DNA of 53,714 bases, taken from positions 1-53,714 of the IMG/VR virus record IMGVR_UViG_3300030380_002666; one strand, given 5' to 3'. Below, in pieces: positions 19,846 to 28,318 of the stretch. Each line of letters begins with the position of its first letter. Within the stretch, counting starts at the first letter, position 1. Made by a program: the position numbers and the translations under genes. Below the pieces are notes generated by a model. The model saw nothing but the letters and a program-made list of their open reading frames with translations. It ran no database searches and was not told the DNA's origin. Source of the DNA: a virus. Taxonomy: Duplodnaviria; Caudoviricetes.

Positions 19846-20079
19846 TCAAATTTCTGTGTTAAATAATAATTCTCTAATTTGGTACTGCATCTCAAACTCA
19901 CAACCCATTCCCTCTGTATATTGGTCTTGGAATTGTTCGTTTACTTGTTTACATGCTTCTTGTAATAGAGCGAACTCTAAGTTGTTGGTAGGTACTTCTT
20001 CAATACCTTTATCTGCTTCTATTAACAAGTTTAATATAGACATGAAATGCAATACATCTAATTCTATTTTTACTTTCAT
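19846..20079 (-). CDS. Hypothetical protein
   Basis: ATGA coupling to the upstream gene. Confidence 0.6.
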   Translation of the reverse strand: MKVKIELDVLHFMSILNLLIEADKGIEEVPTNNLEFALLQEACKQVNEQFQDQYTEGMGCEFEMQYQIRELLFNTEI

Positions 20080-20798
20080 AGCTTATACTTTTTAATGATT
20101 CTAATTAGTTTCTGTGCGTAGCTGACATTACCTTTGTAGCATGATGTAGCGTATACCATACCACCACCGTTGACGTATGCTTGGCTCTGCTGAATAGTAC
20201 GTCCACCACACAAGCAATCCACCCATTTGTCTATAGTCGGCTCTCCTTTTATACGTTTTTGATAGCGACCGTTCAGTATCTTACTGTGATGCCTCATAGA
20301 CCACCAAGAACTCTTGTATCTTGTGAACCTATCTGTTGGACTGTCATCAGAAGCAACCAAAAACATCTTCCGGTCTTCCTTGTTCCCTCTAAACTTGTGT
20401 CCAAAGTAGTTGTTTGCATCCTTGCATAGCCTACTCGTACCGTACTGTGTCTCAAGTATACTCTGTGCGACATACAACTGATATGGTATACCACTGACCT
20501 TGGATTCTTCCTTGGCAGATACCTTCAGCCATGCAATAAAGTCACTGATGTGTTGCTCCTTCCATTTTTTGAACCTCTTCTTCTCCTTGTAGCTAGATAG
20601 GTGTTCTCCTTTCCACTCAGAACTTGTCAACCAGCTTCTGTTTTTAGGTGTACGATCCTCGGTGTACTCCTTGTCATCTGTGGTCTCATTGCGACCAGCG
20701 TGTACGTCTGTCTCAACGTGATGATCGATGATGCAGTCTGTGTCCATTAGGATGGATGTAAAAATCAAACACCCCATTATTGTTAAGTATATTTTCAT
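20076..20798 (-). CDS. GH73 (FlgJ-like) glucosaminidase/muramidase with N-terminal signal or anchor
   Basis: AQSILETQYGTS, NNYFGHK, YATS...YAQKL; hydrophobic N-terminus. Confidence 0.85.
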   Translation of the reverse strand: MKIYLTIMGCLIFTSILMDTDCIIDHHVETDVHAGRNETTDDKEYTEDRTPKNRSWLTSSEWKGEHLSSYKEKKRFKKWKEQHISDFIAWLKVSAKEESKVSGIPYQLYVAQSILETQYGTSRLCKDANNYFGHKFRGNKEDRKMFLVASDDSPTDRFTRYKSSWWSMRHHSKILNGRYQKRIKGEPTIDKWVDCLCGGRTIQQSQAYVNGGGMVYATSCYKGNVSYAQKLIRIIKKYKL

Positions 20799-20983
20799 GG
20801 TAAATAATTTAAGTCTGCATGTTTAAAGAATTTATCGATCGACCTGTCGATTGTTGTCTCCATTGCATCGAATGCCCAAGGGTATATTCTGCCCGATGCT
20901 TTTATTTCATTTAGGTCTTGCATCGTACCCGCTGCATTTGCTAAGTAGAACCAATTGTATGTTCCTTTGAAAAAATCTCTCAT
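20795..20983 (-). CDS. Hypothetical protein
   Basis: Tightly packed in the operon; ATGA overlap. Confidence 0.55.
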   Translation of the reverse strand: MRDFFKGTYNWFYLANAAGTMQDLNEIKASGRIYPWAFDAMETTIDRSIDKFFKHADLNYLP

Positions 20984-20984
20984 A

Positions 20985-21269
20985 TTATTTAAGTTTAATT
21001 ATTAAGCCTTTCTCTTTCCAAGGCTTCTTTGAAATAAAGTTTCCTACTGTCTCTCTTGATACAATGTCACCTGCTGAGATGACAAGCTTACTACCCTTTT
21101 GTAGTAATGTCCATACCTTTTTGTGGTCTCTCTTGACAGTGTCAAGAACGTGCATTCTTTGTATGGGTTCTCTTTTGAACATCGACCCATTGTAGGGGGC
21201 GTTCTCAATAAACTTATTTAGCTTGAGTCCACCCCATCTTCTAGCGTACTGTTTAAACGTCATCTCCAT
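20985..21269 (-). CDS. Hypothetical basic protein
   Basis: ORF track; operon context. Confidence 0.6.
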   Translation of the reverse strand: MEMTFKQYARRWGGLKLNKFIENAPYNGSMFKREPIQRMHVLDTVKRDHKKVWTLLQKGSKLVISAGDIVSRETVGNFISKKPWKEKGLIIKLK

Positions 21270-21603
21270 TTGATCTCTTGATTAAAAGTGTTGTCCCTTT
21301 CGGGTAATAAACTTCCCATGTTACTGTTTCTCTAACTTCAACACCACGTACAAAGACGATATTCCTTGGCATAGATACCACTTGAACCGCTCCATGTCTC
21401 TGAACTTCAATGTTGTGTCGTAAGATAACATTTTTTGGGAGATTGTTGTGTATTTTTGCAACTATTTTTATATAATTTCTTTCCCACTGAATTGTTTTAG
21501 TTCCATTCGGCATCACAACTGCCCTACCTGTAATGGTTTTTATTAGCTCAGTCTGACCCATTGCCATGACTGACGTTAGTAATATTAATAGTACTGTCTT
21601 CAT
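21253..21603 (-). CDS. Hypothetical secreted protein
   Basis: Signal-peptide-like MKTVLLILLTSVMAMG followed by Q, as in Bacteroidota secreted proteins. Confidence 0.6.
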   Translation of the reverse strand: MKTVLLILLTSVMAMGQTELIKTITGRAVVMPNGTKTIQWERNYIKIVAKIHNNLPKNVILRHNIEVQRHGAVQVVSMPRNIVFVRGVEVRETVTWEVYYPKGTTLLIKRSNGDDV

Positions 21604-21767
21604 AGTGTTATTGGGTTTGGAATGTAAACAATTGTCATCTCGTACTCAACAGTCCTGGACTGATTGTCTAAGATGTACCTTTCCATTCTTGATTCGCTAT
21701 CAAAATCTCCTGCGAAAATCCTTTCATTTGAATCTGTCATTTTGTAAAGTCTATACATTTTTACCAT
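21600..21767 (-). CDS. Small hypothetical protein (55 aa; not in ORF track)
   Basis: Read by hand: MVKMYRLYKMTDSNER...IPNPITL*; ATGA overlap with the next gene. Confidence 0.55.
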   Translation of the reverse strand: MVKMYRLYKMTDSNERIFAGDFDSESRMERYILDNQSRTVEYEMTIVYIPNPITL

Positions 21768-21771
21768 GTCT

Positions 21772-21939
21772 CTATTTTTTTAATGGTCTTAAATCATATG
21801 GCTCGGCATCGAGATAGTAGTCGATAGTCCAACCATGTTTTTCTAAATCGTTTTTCAATTTCTCACACGTTATGTACGTGTACTCATCAGCCTTTTCAAA
21901 CTTGAGGATGATGGATTCTATTTTCTTTGGTAATTTCAT
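21772..21939 (-). CDS. Hypothetical protein
   Basis: Probable start MKLPKK at 21939; ends GWTIDYYLDAEPYDLRP. Confidence 0.55.
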   Translation of the reverse strand: MKLPKKIESIILKFEKADEYTYITCEKLKNDLEKHGWTIDYYLDAEPYDLRPLKK

Positions 21940-22303
21940 ATGTCTGTTTTGTTGTGTAAACATTTCTATCGCACGTAAGGAGAGTGCTATACTCTTTTCC
22001 ATCTACGTTATCTCCATCTTCCATCCAAAAAGGGAATAGTCTTGGATTATAGCAAACCTTTTTGCCCATCTCCGAGGGTTTCTTCTCGTGTATCGTAAGG
22101 CTCTTGCACTTTATCCAAGCACAAACAGTCTTGTTACTGCCACCCCATATCTTCTGAGCCGCCCCCTTTTGGTTGACAAGCTTACAGTCTTGCATACGAA
22201 GGAACACTTCGTTAGGATCAAAATAAAAGCTATCGCTACCCAAGGTAATCTTCCACTTCTGATAGTTTTCTCCTCTTCCTAAATTAAATCGTACTGTAAT
22301 CAT
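21896..22303 (-). CDS. Hypothetical protein
   Basis: Start MITVRF set by the ATGA overlap with the methyltransferase stop. Confidence 0.6.
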   Translation of the reverse strand: MITVRFNLGRGENYQKWKITLGSDSFYFDPNEVFLRMQDCKLVNQKGAAQKIWGGSNKTVCAWIKCKSLTIHEKKPSEMGKKVCYNPRLFPFWMEDGDNVDGKEYSTLLTCDRNVYTTKQTYEITKENRIHHPQV

Positions 22304-23247
22304 AATATATTTTTTAATATGTGAGTAATAACGTCTATCGTCCAACCGTTGCCTAGCATCTTGTACCTCTGCGTATTCGATACGCCATCAGTATAGTTGT
22401 CAGGTACTGTCTGTAATCTCTCGCACTCAACGGGTGTGAGCTTTCTCCATGAACTTTTATCTATTGCAATCTTCGGTTCTCTGTGTCCACCCTGCATTGT
22501 TGTGAGAGTAGGAGACTTGCCATCTTCAGAGTACACTCTCTTGATGCTATCGTGACCTTTCAGATTAGCAGTCCCGATTCTTATCAGTCCGTTGATTGAC
22601 TTTGTAGGATTCTCTTTTAATACCATAGTTCTCTGTCTGCGCTCTATACTATTCCACCAAACTGCACCATTGTATCTTGCTGTTAAGCAATGAGACTTGC
22701 CATCTTTATTTGTCATCAAGTCGGTGGCAAACCCGTCTTCAAGTATGTCCTTTAGTACTATACCTTTGTCTTTCGGCTGACCTACATTAGGTATGTTTGT
22801 CCAATAAAGTCTGCCTCTACTTTGAGCCGATACCAATGCAGAGTTTATCTCAATAGGCTCAACACCTAAGTACTTTGAGATGACATCTCTACTCTCTTTC
22901 TTCATCTTTACATTCTCCAATAAGAAATACTTTGGCTTCAACTCATTCAACAAACGTACATACTCAAAGAATAACTTACTGCGAGGATCTTCAAAGTTCA
23001 ACTGATGACCAGCAAAACTGAACCCTTGACATGGGCTACCACCAAGCAACAAGTCAATCTCGCCAATGTCCTCAGCCTTTACCTTTATTACGTCTCCAAT
23101 GTGAATCGTATTGGGATAGTTCTTCTTTGCTACTTGTATTGCATACTTGTCAATCTCACTCGCATAGTATGTATCGTACTCTATACCTAATCGGTTTAAG
23201 GCAATCTGCCCACACGACATACCGTCAAACAAACTTAATACTTTCAT
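22300..23247 (-). CDS. DNA (cytosine-5)-methyltransferase
   Basis: Motifs I FDGMSCG, IV GSPCQGFS, VI ENV, VIII QSRGR, IX RKLTPVECERLQ and X GNGW. Confidence 0.93.
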   Translation of the reverse strand: MKVLSLFDGMSCGQIALNRLGIEYDTYYASEIDKYAIQVAKKNYPNTIHIGDVIKVKAEDIGEIDLLLGGSPCQGFSFAGHQLNFEDPRSKLFFEYVRLLNELKPKYFLLENVKMKKESRDVISKYLGVEPIEINSALVSAQSRGRLYWTNIPNVGQPKDKGIVLKDILEDGFATDLMTNKDGKSHCLTARYNGAVWWNSIERRQRTMVLKENPTKSINGLIRIGTANLKGHDSIKRVYSEDGKSPTLTTMQGGHREPKIAIDKSSWRKLTPVECERLQTVPDNYTDGVSNTQRYKMLGNGWTIDVITHILKNIL

Positions 23248-23884
23248 GTCTTTTTTCTTTTGATGTTTTAACAATCTCCTCACACAACTGTGTAGGTATT
23301 TTACTTCTCTCATAATTCCCTTTCAATCCTTGAGTACCCGTCCGACTACCTCTTGGTGCTGGCGTGTGACATGGATCACCGTTCTTGCACATCGGTCGTG
23401 GATTCCAAAGCCAATTGCTTGTCCATATATCTGTTGGCTTCATCCTACTGTCTCCGTATTGGCAGTACGTGACTGTGTGTCTTATGTTGTACACGCTGTC
23501 CCACCTCGGACTCTTCCTCATCTTCCCTCTTGGGTTCTCAATATACCAAATTACATCGTTGTTCAGCAAGGTAAAGTCCATGATAAGATCAATGGTCTTG
23601 TTCAGTATCTTGATACCCAACTCAGCCTTGTCTGTCTTTGGTTTGAACACCTCGCCACTAACCCAATTGCGACCGATAGCAGCTACGCTGAACGCAGTAC
23701 AAGGAGGCGATGCCCATATGACATCAGGTACAAATGGTATGTCTTTTACTTGAACGTCTAAGATGTTCTTAACAAGGTCGATGTTGTCAAATGGTTCGAT
23801 GTCTACGCTGAAGACCTCAGCACCATCTCTCTCAAATGCTTTGCCGATTGAACGTGAACCAGCAAATAGTTCTAATACTTTCAT
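23225..23884 (-). CDS. Short C5 DNA methyltransferase-family protein
   Basis: Motifs I FAGSRS, IV ASPPC and VI IENP; 219 aa, with no canonical motif X seen. Confidence 0.8.
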   Translation of the reverse strand: MKVLELFAGSRSIGKAFERDGAEVFSVDIEPFDNIDLVKNILDVQVKDIPFVPDVIWASPPCTAFSVAAIGRNWVSGEVFKPKTDKAELGIKILNKTIDLIMDFTLLNNDVIWYIENPRGKMRKSPRWDSVYNIRHTVTYCQYGDSRMKPTDIWTSNWLWNPRPMCKNGDPCHTPAPRGSRTGTQGLKGNYERSKIPTQLCEEIVKTSKEKRHESIKFV

Positions 23885-24126
23885 AGTTTAATACAATATT
23901 TAATTGATGATGTACGATTACACAAGCCCCTCTGTCTACAATGAACTGTACCATCAGTTCTTGAGTATACATAGTCGCTGATTTTGTACAAGTCAACTCC
24001 ATCAGAGTAGGTAACTGTAAAGTATTCTAACCCTTGTTCGGCTTTGTCTTTTGCTATCTTGATTGTTCTGTCAATCTCATTTTCCATTCGCTCTTTACGA
24101 GCCTCTTTGTTTACTGTTATTTTCAT
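23881..24126 (-). CDS. Hypothetical protein
   Basis: ATGA coupling to the methyltransferase. Confidence 0.6.
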   Translation of the reverse strand: MKITVNKEARKERMENEIDRTIKIAKDKAEQGLEYFTVTYSDGVDLYKISDYVYSRTDGTVHCRQRGLCNRTSSIKYCIKL

Positions 24127-24139
24127 TTTGATTACCGTT

Positions 24140-24364
24140 TTAGTTAATGTATACTTCTACCCATCCCTTTTCTGAATGCTCTACATCTACATCCATGCCT
24201 TGATTCTTTAATCTTGTTGCAAGTTTATGAGCAGCTTTCCACAAACCAGGTTCGGGCATCTCGTCATGGTATTCGTCATAGTAAACGTCACCTCTGCACT
24301 CATAAAAATTGTCTTCTGAGTCGTACCTAAATGTATACCCATCAATTGTTTCCTTCTTGTTCAT
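24140..24364 (-). CDS. Hypothetical protein
   Basis: ORF track; A-rich leader. Confidence 0.6.
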   Translation of the reverse strand: MNKKETIDGYTFRYDSEDNFYECRGDVYYDEYHDEMPEPGLWKAAHKLATRLKNQGMDVDVEHSEKGWVEVYIN

Positions 24365-24430
24365 ATCTCATTATTTTTTACGTATAGAAATAGTCGTGGG
24401 GTAACCTGTGGGGTACCCCATCTGTCTAGT

Positions 24431-24730
24431 TTAATAATATTGACTCATGTCGTGTCCTCTGCTCTCGTAGTACGATATCTGTTGACTCATTTCCCCATCC
24501 ATTCTTTCATCTTCGATTGCTTTATGGATTTTATTCCACAGTTCTCCATCGGATAAATCGTTAAACATCCAATCGAATTCTTCGCCTAACTCTTTTAGAA
24601 GATCTTTACTCTTTCCATCCATTAGCTCTATAATTTCTATCTCTTGTGGATATAATATTATGCTTTCGATGTCACCATGACAATCTAAATCTACATCCAT
24701 CGTGTACCCTTGATAATCTATTGTATACAT
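24431..24730 (-). CDS. Hypothetical acidic protein
   Basis: ORF track; preceded by a copy of the junction repeat. Confidence 0.6.
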   Translation of the reverse strand: MYTIDYQGYTMDVDLDCHGDIESIILYPQEIEIIELMDGKSKDLLKELGEEFDWMFNDLSDGELWNKIHKAIEDERMDGEMSQQISYYESRGHDMSQYY

Positions 24731-24733
24731 ATT

Positions 24734-24778
24734 TGTTACTGTTTTTTGTTATACTATTTAATAAATTCTACTACTGCA
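24734..24778 (-). pseudogene. Relic 3' end of a MESNKLIAEFMG-family gene plus junction repeat
   Basis: The minus strand reads GCAGTAGTAGAATTTATTAAATAGTATAACAAAAAACAGTAACA = AVVEFIK*YNKKQ*, with a premature TAG and no 5' part. Confidence 0.75.
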
Positions 24779-24817
24779 TTGTTTTGTCCAACAAAGACAT
24801 ATCTCTTTATTATATTA

Positions 24818-25387
24818 TTACTCATCTTCATAGGCATCAAATGTCACTTCTCCTGTTTCTGTAATCCACTCAGATCCACAAGAATTACACTCACTCATAT
24901 GAGTAAATTCATGTTGTGCTTCTGTGTTATGACAATCACAGACAGGGCATTGATATACTCCATTAAATTCTTCTTTACTCATCTTTTTAATAAATTCTAC
25001 TACTGCTTTGTAGGTAGCGTCTCGTCTATCATCACCCTCAATATGTAATATCTCTTCAGATGTATAGTTGTCGATAATATCTACCAAATAGTTCTCTACT
25101 CTTACACTGTACCTTGGTATTCGGTCTTCATTCCCCTTAAAAGTGAACCTGATGTCCTCAATCTTCTCCACCACTTTCATTAGCCAAACCCAATTCTTAT
25201 GATACTCAGTGTCGACTAAGACATAGTTCCAAGATAGTCCATCGCAGTCTTCTACATTTTTTGTATCTGAATATTCATAATAATCTCTACCTCTGATTAA
25301 GTCCTTATGCAATCTTTCGTGTAGCCAAACCATATCATGTTCTAACTCCATACCCATAAACTCTGCTATTAATTTGTTACTTTCCAT
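24818..25387 (-). CDS. MESNKLIAEFMG-family domain (possibly phage ABA-sandwich-like) fused to a C-terminal zinc ribbon
   Basis: Three constant blocks, then MSKEEF...CPVC...CNSC. Confidence 0.7.
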   Translation of the reverse strand: MESNKLIAEFMGMELEHDMVWLHERLHKDLIRGRDYYEYSDTKNVEDCDGLSWNYVLVDTEYHKNWVWLMKVVEKIEDIRFTFKGNEDRIPRYSVRVENYLVDIIDNYTSEEILHIEGDDRRDATYKAVVEFIKKMSKEEFNGVYQCPVCDCHNTEAQHEFTHMSECNSCGSEWITETGEVTFDAYEDE

Positions 25388-25531
25388 TGTTACTGTTTTT
25401 TGTTATATTAAAAAAATAAATATATGTTACGAGTAAAATATGTAAGCAAGTTGGTAAGGTGTTGATTGTCAGCTACCTAACCCTCAATGGTTCGGTCGTC
25501 GCCATACACACCACCCACCTACCATACCCAC

Positions 25532-25840
25532 CTACTCTTCCTCCTCCTCTGCATAGAATTCATCCCAATCAATCAACTCCAATAACTCTTCGTAAATCTC
25601 AATGGTCTCTCCATAGCAAACCTCTACCTTCAATGCATCAAGCAAGTCCTCTACAAACTGATCTTCGTAGTAGTATATGTTGCCATCATAACCTGCTTGT
25701 ATATGATTGTCACATCCTTTGCTTAGAATGTATATGGTATACCCATCTGCTGTCTCTGTCTCGTATGCAAAAGGCATTTGTCTTGGCGATGTCCATGCAT
25801 CAACTCGTGTGATGTCTCTGTCTTTTAAAAACTTTTCCAT
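25532..25840 (-). CDS. Hypothetical highly acidic protein
   Basis: ORF track; D/E-rich C-terminus. Confidence 0.6.
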   Translation of the reverse strand: MEKFLKDRDITRVDAWTSPRQMPFAYETETADGYTIYILSKGCDNHIQAGYDGNIYYYEDQFVEDLLDALKVEVCYGETIEIYEELLELIDWDEFYAEEEEE

Positions 25841-25911
25841 TGTATTGTTTTATAAAATACTAGCCACGCCTAGGCTAGTAATCCTCTGAGAGTCAAAAAT
25901 ACACATCAAAT

Positions 25912-26625
25912 TTATTGTATCACGAAGTCAGTTGGATGCTTCGATAATGCTGTCTTGTACTTCAATGCCACCACATTGCCTGGTCCATCGTCAAGGAATC
26001 TCAAATCGTCAAGGTCACCGTTGACTGTATTGAATCCGTTGTACATATCAGGCAAACCCTTGGCAAATACCATTGCAACATTTGCTACCTTGTCAGCCAA
26101 TAAGTTCATGGCTATCTCATGGTTGTCCTCGTGTCGAGAGAACGTCAGATGATAGTTAGGCTCACTGTTTTGGAATAACATATAGTGGTCTTTGGTGTAG
26201 TCATAAAACTGCACGTCATTGAACTCTTTGAAGATGTTCACACCATCAATACGCTGACGTAACCAATTGATGTCAGACGTGCCGTTCAAACGGATGCAAT
26301 ACTTGTCGTCGCCACGTTTCTTGTGACGATTTCTGATTCGCTCAATATCAGTGAACAGATGCTCAATGAATTTACGTCGGTTTCCGACGTAATAATTCGC
26401 CTTGTTGATACGTGCTTTCTGTACACTGTTGAACTTGCCACGACCAGAACTGTATAAACAGTCCCTCTTGCAACCCTCACTTGCAAAGTGACATAGGTTG
26501 ATACCTTTGTCGTTCATTGTGTGTGGGGCAAGGTACATAATGTACGTGGTGTACCCCTTGTTCTCGCCTTTCAAAGTCTTCGTGCTTGAAGTACCAAGTA
26601 AGGTCTTTGGAATGTAATAACTCAT
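25912..26625 (-). CDS. GP88-like protein (radical-SAM-like Fe-S candidate)
   Basis: CHFASEGCKRDC (Cx6Cx3C), IRLNGTSD, QFYDYTK, NYHLTFS and GDLDDLRFLD; start MSYYIP at 26625. Confidence 0.75.
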   Translation of the reverse strand: MSYYIPKTLLGTSSTKTLKGENKGYTTYIMYLAPHTMNDKGINLCHFASEGCKRDCLYSSGRGKFNSVQKARINKANYYVGNRRKFIEHLFTDIERIRNRHKKRGDDKYCIRLNGTSDINWLRQRIDGVNIFKEFNDVQFYDYTKDHYMLFQNSEPNYHLTFSRHEDNHEIAMNLLADKVANVAMVFAKGLPDMYNGFNTVNGDLDDLRFLDDGPGNVVALKYKTALSKHPTDFVIQ

Positions 26626-26708
26626 AACTGTTTTGTTTTTTACGTCTTGAGACGTGAATAATAACATAATTGCTGTCTTGTTACACTATATTATACGGTA
26701 AACTTACC

Positions 26709-27014
26709 CTAAATGTTACATTTTGGGGTAATTAATTTACCATCCCACCTCTTACCGTTCAAATACCATACACCCTTCTTTTGATTGATGCGTACACTTG
26801 GGATTCCGTTTAGACGTTCCTTTGTTGTCCTTGTAAACCAACCTGCATTGGTAATCATAATTGTTCTGTCGGGATCGTTGTATTTGTACGCAATTTCATT
26901 TCCAAATAGCTTCAAGACGGTTACATTTGGGAGTACCTCTACTTCTGTATTGCTCATCTTGAATTTATTAGCATTGATAAATGCTTCAATCGATTTTTCT
27001 GTAATCTTATTCAT
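26709..27014 (-). CDS. Conserved phage hypothetical protein
   Basis: LFGNEIA...GWFTRTTKERLN; start MNKIT at 27014. Confidence 0.6.
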   Translation of the reverse strand: MNKITEKSIEAFINANKFKMSNTEVEVLPNVTVLKLFGNEIAYKYNDPDRTIMITNAGWFTRTTKERLNGIPSVRINQKKGVWYLNGKRWDGKLITPKCNI

Positions 27015-27039
27015 TTTAATACATTTTTTTTTTAATAAA

Positions 27040-27348
27040 TTATTCTCCAATCTTCCAAATCATTACCGTGCCAGGATCGTTCCACTCACTATACCACCCT
27101 CGGTCGTTCAACTCCTTCTCCCACGAGTTCAGCACACCAAACGTTCGGTCTTCAGCACGAGAAAGATAGTAGTCGTAGATTACCTCGCCTTTGTACTTGT
27201 CTCTGTTGTCGGCAGCAATCCAAATGCCTACATTCCCACCTTTCCCATAAAAATCATCCGTAGTGCCACATAATCCGTTCCTAACACACCCCTCGTATGC
27301 CGGTTCTAAGTTCTCCTCAATCCATTTTGTCATTTCATCTATGTTCAT
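27040..27348 (-). CDS. Hypothetical protein
   Basis: ATGA overlap; ends GWYSEWNDPGT. Confidence 0.6.
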   Translation of the reverse strand: MNIDEMTKWIEENLEPAYEGCVRNGLCGTTDDFYGKGGNVGIWIAADNRDKYKGEVIYDYYLSRAEDRTFGVLNSWEKELNDRGWYSEWNDPGTVMIWKIGE

Positions 27349-27530
27349 AATCCTGCTTTTTTAATGAAGTAATTACACACCTCGGGGATGTGCTTTTTGT
27401 AATAAGGTTGCTCATTCTTACACCATTGGCGAACCTCAGCTCTCGTCTTGAATGTTTGAAAACGAAACGTTAGCTCTAACTCGTCGATAAAGTCTTGGAC
27501 TGTCCAGCCCTCCCATATATGTTTGTTCAT
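27345..27530 (-). CDS. Conserved phage hypothetical protein
   Basis: WEGWTVQDFIDEL...QPYYKKHIPEV; tight packing. Confidence 0.6.
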   Translation of the reverse strand: MNKHIWEGWTVQDFIDELELTFRFQTFKTRAEVRQWCKNEQPYYKKHIPEVCNYFIKKAGL

Positions 27531-27532
27531 AA

Positions 27533-28036
27533 CTATTTTACTTTTAATCCAAATGTTCTTAAATAATCTGCGTTCAAAATCTCTAAGCCATCAGCCTCAA
27601 TCTCGTCAATGATGCCTTGATAAAAATCTTTTGCATTACTGTACTTCTTGAACGTTGTCTTAATCGTGTACTTCGACCCTCTGATCGAATAATTGTCTTC
27701 GCTGTCAAATATCACACCCTTAGTTCTATTCTTGAATATCTCCTTGTGCAGAGCGTGCTTGTTTACAACATCTTCCAATAATAAGTGCAATGGTGTTGTC
27801 CACTCCCACTCCTCGTTCCACAAACTGTCCACGTCGATCTGTTTGTAGATGTCCTCAACTCGGACACCATCCTTGATATTGTGTACTCTCAGTTCGCCAC
27901 CCCAAGCGTCATCAAACACTTCGCACATTGGCTTCTTGTCAAAATAAATCTTCGCACTATAGCCTTGTCCATCGTGACCTCTGAACTGTTGAAGATTCTT
28001 TACCGTTGCTCTCTCTAAAAATTCTTGCTTTGTCAT
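27533..28036 (-). CDS. Hypothetical protein
   Basis: ORF track; starts 1 nt after the junction-repeat stop. Confidence 0.65.
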   Translation of the reverse strand: MTKQEFLERATVKNLQQFRGHDGQGYSAKIYFDKKPMCEVFDDAWGGELRVHNIKDGVRVEDIYKQIDVDSLWNEEWEWTTPLHLLLEDVVNKHALHKEIFKNRTKGVIFDSEDNYSIRGSKYTIKTTFKKYSNAKDFYQGIIDEIEADGLEILNADYLRTFGLKVK

Positions 28037-28037
28037 G

Positions 28038-28316
28038 TTACTGTTTTTTGTTATACCATTTAATAAATGCTACTACTTGATTGTAGCATTGTTCTCTATT
28101 GTAATCATAAGGGTCTATTTTTTTTAAATTTCTCCTCCAATCATCATATTTCGCAAAACTCATATCTTCATTAATGCACTTTCTTATATTCTTAATCACA
28201 GGCATCAGCCAATCCCAAGACGTGTGGTATTGTAAGTCTTTATCTCCGTTTAAGCACCAATGATGCTCATTAGGTTTCCAACCCATAAATTCTGCTATTA
28301 ATTTGTTACTCTCCAT
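28038..28316 (-). CDS. MESNKLIAEFMG-family single-domain protein
   Basis: Three constant blocks with 17- and 33-aa variable segments. Confidence 0.75.
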   Translation of the reverse strand: MESNKLIAEFMGWKPNEHHWCLNGDKDLQYHTSWDWLMPVIKNIRKCINEDMSFAKYDDWRRNLKKIDPYDYNREQCYNQVVAFIKWYNKKQ

Positions 28317-28318
28317 TG

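Noticed and set aside
25440-25531. tRNA gene suggested by GGTTCG and CCA
   Set aside because: I could not fold a cloverleaf with acceptor and T stems; no tRNA is supported anywhere in the window by eye.
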